From the NCBI GenBank assembly GCA_052390515.1, contig JBQTGV010000162.1, positions 1-13,334 on the forward strand: a stretch of 13,334 bases of DNA, read 5' to 3'. The position numbers and the translations under genes are program-made. The notes under the pieces were generated by a model. The model was not told the origin of the DNA. It did not search any database and worked only from the letters and a program-made list of their open reading frames with translations. This DNA is from Candidatus Eiseniibacteriota bacterium (GTDB lineage: Bacteria > ARS69). Of the stretch, positions 1 to 6,776 are shown piece by piece (within the stretch, counting starts at the first letter, position 1; each line of letters opens with the position of its first letter).

Positions 1-432
1 CAGCAGCGCGCACACGAGGCCGTGTCGCTTCACCGTGAAGCGCTCCGTCTCCAGGCCAGGAGCCTCGACCCGAAGCATCCCGAGCGAGCCACGACGCTCG
101 AGCTCTGGGCGAAAAGCGCCATGACGATCGGTGAGCTGAGCGACGCGGAGCCACTCGCCGAGGAAACCCTCGCGATCCTGGAGGAGCGTCTCGGCGCGGA
201 CCACCTGCGTGTTGCCGATGCGCTCTTCACGCTCGCCGAAGTGCGGGCGCGCCAGACGCGCTGGGGCGAGGCCCGGACGCACTGCCGCCGGGCGCTCACC
301 GTCGTCACGCGGGTGCTCGGCTCCCGCCATCCGAGCATCGGCGGTCATCTCGACGAGTACTCCGCGATCTTGCGCAGCGCCGATCAGGTGTGCGCAGAGG
401 CGATGACGTCCACGACCGGGCCACCAGTGTGA
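1..432 (+). CDS. Tetratricopeptide-repeat protein, C-terminal part (5' truncated by window edge)
   Basis: Frame is open from base 1 (QQRAHEAVSLHREALRLQ...). Repeated kinesin-light-chain-type TPR units: 'EALRLQARSLDPKHPERATTL', 'ETLAILEERLGADHLRVADALFTLA', 'RALTVVTRVLGSRHPSIG'. Stop TGA at 430-432. Confidence 0.75.
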   Translation, partial: QQRAHEAVSLHREALRLQARSLDPKHPERATTLELWAKSAMTIGELSDAEPLAEETLAILEERLGADHLRVADALFTLAEVRARQTRWGEARTHCRRALTVVTRVLGSRHPSIGGHLDEYSAILRSADQVCAEAMTSTTGPPV

Positions 433-473
433 TCCGCCGCATCCGCGCAGTTCCACCCTTCACCAAGGACGCC

Positions 474-1193
474 ATGGCTTCGCTCAACAAGGTCCTCCTC
501 ATCGGCAACCTGACGCGCGATCCCGATCTCCGCTACACGGCGGCCGGCACCGCGGTCGCCAACCTCCGTCTCGCGGTCAACCGGACGTTCGTGGTGCAAG
601 GTGACCGGCGAGAGGAAACGCTCTTCATCGACGTCGTGGCGTGGGGCAAGCAGGCCGAGGCCTGCGGCGAGTACCTCGCCAAGGGTTCGGCGAGCTTCGT
701 CGACGGCCGCCTCCAGAGCCGCGAGTACGAGGCGAAGGACGGGACCAGGCGCACCGTGGTCGAGGTCGTCGCCGACGCCGTGCAGTTCCTGACGCGCAAG
801 TCCGGTGCGCCGGCCGCGGCCGACGCCGGCGCGGAGATCCCGGCCGGGAGCGCTGCGGCCGCGGACGACGACGTCCCGTTCTCGCCACCCCCGAGCCCTG
901 ACCCACCGCGCGGCAGCGCCCGACCCGCCAATCTGGCCCATGCCGCCCAGTGGCTCACCGAGCCGCCCGTCGTGAGCCGCCTTGCTCCGTTGTTGCCGTC
1001 CGCACGGCTTCCGATGCTGAACCCACCGGGCGTTCCCGATCGCGGCCGAACAACAAGGAGGCATTCGGATGCGAGTGCTTGTGTGCGGCGGGCGCGACTA
1101 CAACGACGTCAAGACCGTTCAGGACGTTCTCGATCGCCTCCACGAAGAAACACCCTTCTCGTGCGTCATCCACGGCGCCGCACGCGGTGCTGA
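474..1193 (+). CDS. ssb: Single-stranded DNA-binding protein; conserved part 474-881, followed by read-through because no stop follows the DDDVPF tip
   Basis: [22 protein letters not shown]...VAWGKQAE...[11 protein letters not shown]...VEVVAD OB-fold signature. Acidic tip DDDVPF at 864-881. AAGGA upstream of ATG 474. Confidence 0.92.
   Translation: MASLNKVLLIGNLTRDPDLRYTAAGTAVANLRLAVNRTFVVQGDRREETLFIDVVAWGKQAEACGEYLAKGSASFVDGRLQSREYEAKDGTRRTVVEVVADAVQFLTRKSGAPAAADAGAEIPAGSAAAADDDVPFSPPPSPDPPRGSARPANLAHAAQWLTEPPVVSRLAPLLPSARLPMLNPPGVPDRGRTTRRHSDASACVRRARLQRRQDRSGRSRSPPRRNTLLVRHPRRRTRC
920..937. repeat. 18-bp direct repeat CCGACCCGCCAATCTGGC, copy 1 (contains GCCA-N3-TGGC palindrome)
   Basis: Identical to 6830-6847. 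Both copies lie upstream of a + strand gene. Confidence 0.7.
983..1063 (+). promoter_or_regulatory. Predicted long-range stem sequestering the Shine-Dalgarno of the SLOG gene
   Basis: TGCTCCGTTGTTG (983-995) is near-complementary to CAACAAGGAGGCA (1051-1063), which contains the SD. Confidence 0.4.
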
Positions 1194-1416
1194 CACGCTG
1201 GCCGGCTTGTGGGCGAAGCATCACGACGTACCGGTCGAGGCGTACGCGGCTGCGTGGTCCAGGCACGGCCGTGCGGCAGGGATGATCCGAAACGAACAGA
1301 TGCTCCGTGAGGGAAGGCCTGACCTCGTGGTGGCGTTCCCTGGTGGAGTCGGCACGGCAAGCATGGTGCGAATCGCGCGTAGGGCGGGCGTTCGCGTCGA
1401 GGCGGTCGGTTCATGA
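1069..1416 (+). CDS. SLOG-superfamily protein (DUF2493 / YspA-cpYpsA-related), common in phages
   Basis: [11 protein letters not shown]..., [49 protein letters not shown]. Strong SD AAGGAGG. Confidence 0.88.
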   Translation: MRVLVCGGRDYNDVKTVQDVLDRLHEETPFSCVIHGAARGADTLAGLWAKHHDVPVEAYAAAWSRHGRAAGMIRNEQMLREGRPDLVVAFPGGVGTASMVRIARRAGVRVEAVGS

Positions 1417-2132
1417 CCAAGTTGTCGCGGCCGTTCGCTGCGCGTTCCGCCGGTGTCCTCATCACGTTCGAAGGCCCGGATGGCAGCGGCAAGACCACCC
1501 AGCTCGAGCGGCTAGGCGAGCGCCTCCGCGCATCCGGTCTCCCGGTCGAGCTCACGCGGGAGCCGAAGGGCACCGCGCTCGGCGAGGCGATCTTCGGGCT
1601 GCATGGCCTCCGCCCGGAGCCTCTGGCCGAACTCTTCCTCATGCTCGCCCAGCGCGCCCAGCACATGGCCGAGAAGATCCGTTCCTGGCTCGATGCAGGA
1701 CGGGTCGTGCTCTGCGACCGCTTCATCGATGCGAGCGTCGCCTACCAGGGCTACGGCCGTGGCCTCGGTGCCCGCTTGGTCCAGGCCCTCAACGCTCACG
1801 CCTCCGGCCACATCGTCCCTGACCTCACGCTGCTCCTCGACGTGCCGCCGCTCGTTGGCCTCGCGCGGATCGGCGACCGGCGCTTCGACCGCTTCGAGGG
1901 CGAGGACCATGAGTTCCACGAGCGCGTGCGCCAGGGCTACCTCGCACTGCTGCTGACGGAGCCCCGGTTCCAGCGGATCGACGCCGCACGCGCGGTCGAC
2001 GCGGTGGCCGCCGACATCGCAGACGTCGTGCTCGGCTTCCTCGCCGCCCGCGAGCCCCTCCCCTCGGCGGCGGTTCCCCCTCATGAAGATCTTCCTGCCG
2101 CGCGCGCTCCGCACGGAGCGTCGCTGCCCTGA
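1413..2132 (+). CDS. tmk: Thymidylate (dTMP) kinase
   Basis: [15 protein letters not shown]-loop, [37 protein letters not shown] overlap with the SLOG stop codon. Confidence 0.93.
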   Translation: MTKLSRPFAARSAGVLITFEGPDGSGKTTQLERLGERLRASGLPVELTREPKGTALGEAIFGLHGLRPEPLAELFLMLAQRAQHMAEKIRSWLDAGRVVLCDRFIDASVAYQGYGRGLGARLVQALNAHASGHIVPDLTLLLDVPPLVGLARIGDRRFDRFEGEDHEFHERVRQGYLALLLTEPRFQRIDAARAVDAVAADIADVVLGFLAAREPLPSAAVPPHEDLPAARAPHGASLP

Positions 2133-2145
2133 GGTCTCGAGACCT

Positions 2146-2487
2146 ATGGAGTCTTACAAGCGCGTGCCGTCATCCCGGATCGTCCGCCGCCGGCCCACGG
2201 CCGTCTCGACCTCGCTGCTGTCGATGCCGGCGGTCGACGTGGACCTGCACGTCGTCCTCGCGCGCCCGCTGCCCGATGTCATCACCGCGACCACGTTCGT
2301 GCGCGTGTCCTTCCACGAGGAGCGGGTCGTGGTCGAGCTGTGCGTGTGCGAGCGTCAGGTCGAACCCGACGCCGATGCCTCGGCGCTCGCCGCCACCCAG
2401 GCGCTCGCGCTGCGGCGCAATCCGGCCGCTTGCCGAGAGTTCGTCCGCCAGGCCATCACGGTCGCGACCGCTGTCAGCCCGAACTGA
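2146..2487 (+). CDS. Hypothetical protein (~113 aa)
   Basis: ATG 13 nt after the tmk stop, GAGG upstream, GC-rich third positions. No recognised motif; start uncertain. Confidence 0.5.
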   Translation: MESYKRVPSSRIVRRRPTAVSTSLLSMPAVDVDLHVVLARPLPDVITATTFVRVSFHEERVVVELCVCERQVEPDADASALAATQALALRRNPAACREFVRQAITVATAVSPN

Positions 2488-2594
2488 GCTCGAACCCGAC
2501 GCGCGAGCGACAGCGGGACGCAATGATGCCGAGGAACTCATCGTCCCCGTGATTCGGACGCTACGCGTGCCGCCGTTTACCCAGGGAGTCTCCA

Positions 2595-3341
2595 GTGATC
2601 CTCATCGTCGACCCCGTGACCGCACTCGACACCGACCTCCGCCAGCTCCACCCGGATCTTGCCCGGCCGGTGTTCCTGCAGGCCATCCGCTACTTGCGGG
2701 GCCTCGTGCACACGACCGAGGGCGCCTGGGAGGCCTATCGCGAGGGGCGACTCCTCCCCAAAGAAGCCGACGCCGTCAACGCCGCCCTCGAGGAGCACCT
2801 CGGGATCGAGCCGGAGTACGCCCGCCTAGTCTCGCTCGGTTTCGCGCACCGCCAGGACGGCGACTGGCGCGTCAAGACGCTGACCGCGCTCAACCGTCAG
2901 GAAGAGGCGGAGATGCTGGCCGCCTTCTGGCAGATCGTCGCGAAGAGCCTCCGTCTGCAGTACCAGCTGGTGACCTACGGCGGCGCGCGCTGGGGGATCC
3001 CGTTCGTCCTGCGCCGGACGCTCCTGCACGACATGACACCGGCCGCGAGCTTGCCGATCGGACGCGCACGGACCGACATCCACTTCGACGTGAGCGAGGT
3101 GCTGGCCAACTGGGACCGTGGCCGCGCGCGCCCGCTGGAACTCGCCGCGATCCAGTACACGATCCCGGGGCCCTGGGACGCGACCACCGAGGAGGAGCCG
3201 ATCGACTCGGCCGGCGGGATCCGCCACGCGGTTGGCACCGCTGACCTCGAACGCGTGCGCTTCCTGGCCGAGTCGCGTCTGTCCGCGATCGGTCACCTGG
3301 ACCACCGCCTCGCGCGCACGTATCTCGCGGCGTCGGCCTGA
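2595..3341 (+). CDS. PolB-exonuclease-related (DEDDy, RNase H fold) protein with degenerate catalytic motifs
   Basis: Layout matches the predicted 3'-5' exonuclease related to PolB: ILIVDPVT (ExoI), EEAEMLAAFW, LVTYGGARWGIPFVLRR (ExoII), HFDVSEVL, LAESRLSAIGHL (ExoIII). GTG start with GGGAG upstream. Confidence 0.7.
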   Translation: MILIVDPVTALDTDLRQLHPDLARPVFLQAIRYLRGLVHTTEGAWEAYREGRLLPKEADAVNAALEEHLGIEPEYARLVSLGFAHRQDGDWRVKTLTALNRQEEAEMLAAFWQIVAKSLRLQYQLVTYGGARWGIPFVLRRTLLHDMTPAASLPIGRARTDIHFDVSEVLANWDRGRARPLELAAIQYTIPGPWDATTEEEPIDSAGGIRHAVGTADLERVRFLAESRLSAIGHLDHRLARTYLAASA

Positions 3342-3396
3342 GGCTCGTAGGCGCAGGGCTGAAGGTTGGTCGCGCCATGGAGGGAGGTGAAGAGCC

Positions 3397-3600
3397 GTGA
3401 AATGCTCCATCTGCGGATGCGATCGGCGGATGCTGTGCTCGCGCTGCCGCGACGGTCGGTGCGTCCCGTGCCGGGCGGCGCCAACGACGCTGACCAAGCG
3501 GGTGCTAACGGCAGGAGTGACGAGGCGAGAAGCGCCCGCTGGCGGAGCCCTACCAGCACGTCGGCTGTACCGCTCATCCGTATCCGGCCCCCGCTCGTGA
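3397..3600 (+). CDS. Small Cys-rich, putative zinc-binding protein (67 aa)
   Basis: Strong SD GGAGGTGA (3383-3390) before GTG. MKCSICGCDRRMLCSRCRDGRCVPC has three CxxC pairs plus one extra Cys. Confidence 0.5.
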   Translation: MKCSICGCDRRMLCSRCRDGRCVPCRAAPTTLTKRVLTAGVTRREAPAGGALPARRLYRSSVSGPRS

Positions 3601-3614
3601 TTGCGGAGGTTCCG

Positions 3615-3841
3615 ATGAAACACGGCGAGGCGCCATGCTTCTTGATGTGGTGCGGCCCGCTGCTCTTCACGTTCGGGATGGCGTGGGACTGGCTCGTCAC
3701 CGTTGGCGCCGCCAAGACCGCCACATCCTGGACACGCCGACGCGTTCCGCGCTCCTCCTCGGCGCCGGCGTCCTCGGCACCGTCCTCGGGCAGTTCGGGA
3801 TGCTCTGGGCGTGGCGGCGCTACGTACGCGCGACCGACTGA
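3615..3841 (+). pseudogene. Small two-TM membrane protein split by a 1-nt frameshift near 3721
   Basis: SD GGAGG + ATG 3615 gives hydrophobic FLMWCGPLLFTFGMAWDWLVTVGA. A second hydrophobic segment, ALLLGAGVLGTVLGQFGMLWAWRR, is in another frame. One extra C at 3721-3722 joins them into 75 aa. Confidence 0.5.
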
Positions 3842-3938
3842 CGATTCTTGCCGAGGGCGCACTCGACCGCGTGAAGAGGGAAGCGCCCGACGACGCCATC
3901 TGCGCGGTGGCAAGGAAGCAGAGCGAGGAGCGAGGGTG

Positions 3939-4421
3939 ATGGGCGTCTACGGTTGGGCCAAGCTGAAGATCGGCGGCAATGTGTCGAAGCGCGCGCTGCG
4001 AGAAGCGCTTGCGATCCACGAGATCGATGTGGACGAGGCCCTCAAGTCGGGTGACTACGAAGGACAGGGGCTCGAGGCATACCTGGACGAGGACCACCTG
4101 GTCGTCGAGCACGACCAGGCGAGCTATGCCCAGTTCACGGACCTGGAGGCCGCGCTCGTCACGGCAGGAATTGCGTTCGATCGGCTGAGTGACGCGGTGG
4201 CCGAGTACGGCGAGAGCGTGCGCTTCTTTCGCCCGGGCCTGGCCAAGCCGTATGACGCGGCCTCGGAGGGCTACGAGCCGATGGTCCCGGTGGGTGAGGT
4301 GCGCCGGCGGCTCGCGGATGGTCTCGATGCACTCCAGAGGTGGCTCGACCAGGAGTATCCGGCGATCCCAGAGCTCGAGAGGTTGGAGATCGTCGAGGAC
4401 GAGCCCGCCACCACCAACTGA
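3939..4421 (+). CDS. Hypothetical acidic protein (160 aa)
   Basis: SD GAGGAG upstream of ATG 3939. Protein-like composition (MGVYGWAKLKIGG...ASYAQFTDLEAALVTAGIAFDRLSD). The upstream part of the 3366-4421 ORF is low-complexity and probably not translated. Confidence 0.75.
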   Translation: MGVYGWAKLKIGGNVSKRALREALAIHEIDVDEALKSGDYEGQGLEAYLDEDHLVVEHDQASYAQFTDLEAALVTAGIAFDRLSDAVAEYGESVRFFRPGLAKPYDAASEGYEPMVPVGEVRRRLADGLDALQRWLDQEYPAIPELERLEIVEDEPATTN

Positions 4422-4442
4422 AGAGCGGCAGGGGCGGCCGGT

Positions 4443-4694
4443 CTAGTTGCGCCGGAGATTGTAGTCGAGCCAGTCAACCGTGGCGAGTTGACGGCTGGAA
4501 AGCTCCTGCCCTCGCTTGAGCGCCGGGTCGTCTGGCAGCGCGTACGCGGCGTCCAGTGTCGCAGAGCCCCACCGCCAGTGCCGAGGGTAGGGCCACGGGA
4601 TCGGCCCACCCATCAGCCGGAACATCACGGCAGTGGCCAGCCAGCCGAGCACCACGACCCCGAGCAGATCGAGGATGACCAGAACGGTCTCCAT
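4443..4694 (-). CDS. Small single-TM membrane protein (83 aa, METVLVILDLLGVVVLGWLATAVMF...); host gene of the intron, original ATG at 6764-6762
   Basis: N-terminal hydrophobic helix. Joining ATG (6764-6762) to GAG ACC (4691 downward) gives the same protein as starting at the intron-terminal ATG (4694-4692). Confidence 0.7.
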   Translation of the reverse strand: METVLVILDLLGVVVLGWLATAVMFRLMGGPIPWPYPRHWRWGSATLDAAYALPDDPALKRGQELSSRQLATVDWLDYNLRRN

Positions 4695-4787
4695 TGGTAG
4701 ATCCTTACCCCCCGACCGCCTTGCAGCGGTACTGGAAGTCAAGACCCCCTTTCAAACCGTGCGTGCGGATTTCCCGCACACGGCTTA
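4692..4787 (-). ncRNA. Group II intron catalytic domain V and domain VI
   Basis: AGC catalytic triad at 4785-4783 and GAAA-containing loop. DVI stem GGGGGTCTT / AAGGATCT[A]CC with inner hairpin ACCGC-TGCAAG-GCGGT. Confidence 0.92.
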
Positions 4788-4811
4788 CCGGTGGTCTCTC
4801 GGGTCGCAGCA

Positions 4812-6176
4812 TTACGCCGTCGCCAGGAAGAAGGGCCGCTCCGGGTACTGCACCGTGCCCCGCAAGCGGTGGAGCCCCAGGTTCCAGAAGTACTCGCGCG
4901 TCCACTTGGCCGCCTCGCCCGCCTTCAGATTGCGGCCCTTGCGCTCCGCGCGCAGGTGCCGCAACCGTCGCCAGACATAGCCGTCGATCTGGTTGAACTT
5001 CTTCGCGGCGTTGCCCGTGCGGAAGTAGTTGCCCCAGCCGCGCAGCACTGGGTTCACGTCGGCGATCACCGCCCGGATGTCCTCGTGACAGCGCCGCCTC
5101 AGTGTCAACTCCTTCACGCGCGCCCTCACCCGCTTCAGCGCACCTCGCGAGGGCCAGCGGTGCAGGTAGTACAGGCGCTTCCGCTGGCGCGCCCACAGCA
5201 CCCCGCTCATGCGCTTCTGCAAGTGATGGCCGAGGAAGTCGAACCCCTCCTTACCGTCGTAGAGCTCGACTCGCCTCGTCTTGTCCGGGTGTAGCTCCAG
5301 ACCGAGCCGCCTCAGAATCTCCCGGATGCGCTGCTCGGCCTTCTCGCACTCGCCCTTCGTCCGACACATCACGACGAAGTCATCGCAGTACCGCACCAGC
5401 GTCCCAAGCGGAGCGCTGTGGCGGCTCCACAACACGTCGAGTACGTGCAGGTAGATGTTGGACAGCAGCGGGGAAATCACCCCGCCCTGTGGCGTCCCCG
5501 CCATGCTCCGCGTGACCGCGCCGTCTTCCATCACGCCTGCTTCGAGCCACTGCCGCACCAGCTTCAGCACCCGCCGGTCCGAAACCCGTCGCGCCACCAG
5601 CTTCAACATCTTGGCGTGATCGATACTGCCGAAGTAGTCGCGAATGTCGGCGTCCAGCACGTGGTGGTGCCCTTTCGCGCCGAGCTTCCTCAGCGTTTCC
5701 AGAGCCCCGAGCGCACCGCGCTTCGGCCGGAATCCCCATGAGCACGGCAGGAAGTCCGCCTCGAAGATCGGCTCCAGCACCAGCTTCGCCGCCATCTGCG
5801 CCACCCGGTCCCGCACCGTCGGAATGCCCAGCGGCCGCTTTCCTCCGTTCCCCTTGGGAATGTACCGACGCAGGACCACCCCCGGCCGGTACTGCTGCTC
5901 CCGCAGCGCGGCGCCCAATTCCTCCAGCATCCGCTCGACGCCGTACTGCTCGACCGCGGCGATCGTCTGCCCATCCACGCCCGCCGCGCCCTGGTTTGCC
6001 CGCACCCGCTTCCACGCTTCCTGGAGGACGTCACTCCGCCAGAGATGGTCGTACAGCGCGTGAAAGCGCCTCCCCGGTGCCCGCTTGGCTGCCGCCCACA
6101 GTCGTCGTTGCAGTTGTCGCACTTTGTCCCGCGGCTTCTCGCCGCGGGGGTCGTTAGGTCCGGTCGCGCCGGCCAT
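4812..6176 (-). CDS. ltrA: Group II intron reverse transcriptase/maturase (~454 aa), no endonuclease domain
   Basis: KVRQLQRRLW..AK, GAAGVDG, RPLGIPTVRDRVAQ, GFRP, DADIRDYFGSIDH, GTPQGGVISPLLSNIYL, RYCDDFVV, GFDFLG, domain X NPVLRGWGNYFR. Start at 6176 inferred from where RT-like sequence begins; the frame is open up to 6764. Confidence 0.95.
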   Translation of the reverse strand: MAGATGPNDPRGEKPRDKVRQLQRRLWAAAKRAPGRRFHALYDHLWRSDVLQEAWKRVRANQGAAGVDGQTIAAVEQYGVERMLEELGAALREQQYRPGVVLRRYIPKGNGGKRPLGIPTVRDRVAQMAAKLVLEPIFEADFLPCSWGFRPKRGALGALETLRKLGAKGHHHVLDADIRDYFGSIDHAKMLKLVARRVSDRRVLKLVRQWLEAGVMEDGAVTRSMAGTPQGGVISPLLSNIYLHVLDVLWSRHSAPLGTLVRYCDDFVVMCRTKGECEKAEQRIREILRRLGLELHPDKTRRVELYDGKEGFDFLGHHLQKRMSGVLWARQRKRLYYLHRWPSRGALKRVRARVKELTLRRRCHEDIRAVIADVNPVLRGWGNYFRTGNAAKKFNQIDGYVWRRLRHLRAERKGRNLKAGEAAKWTREYFWNLGLHRLRGTVQYPERPFFLATA

Positions 6177-6770
6177 TCCCTCGCGCTTACCCGCTCCGAC
6201 GACTCGACCACCCCAGGGGCCCTTCCCTCCCGCCGCGTTCTGCCTCACGGCGTTCGTTCCCGAGGCTCGCGCCCCGGTCTGCGGTACCTCGGCCCCCTCG
6301 GACTCCCGCTGCACCGCGGCCGACTTCACCTTCGGTTTATACGGCTCGCGTCGCCCTGACGGGGGCCGTGCAGACGGGTCTCCCGTGTTCCGCGCTCCTC
6401 CCTGCACGCGTGCTGCGCCCTGTACCCCGCCGGAATTCGCCGCGCGTTCCGGAGCTGGCGCGACGAACATCGCCTTCGCCGTGATATGAGCGGCTCGGCT
6501 CCCGGATTGTTCCTCTGTCGAGGCTGCAGGCTTCACGTGATGTTGCGGCCCACGTGCTCGCTCCCCGCTGTACAGCTCACGCTGCGTCACGGGCTTTTGA
6601 CACCCCGCTCGTCCGTCGAGGTCTCCCTCGCTCAGATGGGGTCTGCTACCCGGCGTTCCGGCACTTACCGGGGCGGGACTTGCACCCGCTGGAGAGGCGC
6701 AGCGAGCAACGGTCGTCTCGCTCGTGCTGCCAGTGAGATCGTCCGTCGCGTCACGGCGCACCATACCTGC

Positions 6771-6776
6771 AGGTTA
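6771..6776 (-). promoter_or_regulatory. Candidate -10 element TAACCT, 6 nt upstream of the host ATG (leaderless-type promoter)
   Basis: Minus strand reads TAACCT-GCAGGT-ATG|GTGCG. No well-spaced SD. Confidence 0.4.

Larger units (their letters stand above)
4692..6761 (-). mobile_element. Complete group II intron (IIB-like, probably bacterial class F-like), 2070 nt
   Basis: 5' GTGCG at 6761. EBS1 loop CATATC (6488-6483). J2/3 CGA (6300-6298). RT/maturase ORF in DIV. DV AAGCCGTGTGCGGGAAATCCGCACGCACGGTTT (4786-4754). DVI with bulged A at 4698. Class assignment is by recalled similarity only. Confidence 0.93.

Noticed and set aside
915-937. Sigma-54 promoter within the 18-bp repeat
   Set aside because: GG-N10-GC is met only on the minus strand of copy 1, not copy 2, and the TTGC context is missing.
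2360-2505. Short repeats TCGAACCCGACGC (2360, 2490) and ACCCGACGCGCG (2494, 10757)
   Set aside because: 12-13 bp GC-rich matches with no consistent context; plausible by chance.
3366-4421. Single 351-aa protein
   Set aside because: Better explained as three genes, each with its own SD (3397, 3615, 3939); the linking stretches are Arg/Ser-rich off-frame sequence.
4693-4694. Canonical AT 3' end for the intron
   Set aside because: It puts the branch A only 6 nt from the end, mismatches gamma=C and frameshifts the host ATG. Its only in-frame alternative (6892 GTG ...NLQVW-ETVLV) has a non-protein-like N-terminus that overlaps the HTH gene antisense.
4812-6764. RT as a retron, DGR, CRISPR-associated or Abi-type enzyme
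   Set aside because: It has domain X, a 5' GTGCG, EBS1, DV and DVI, so it is a group II intron. No template/variable repeat pair or msr/msd was seen.
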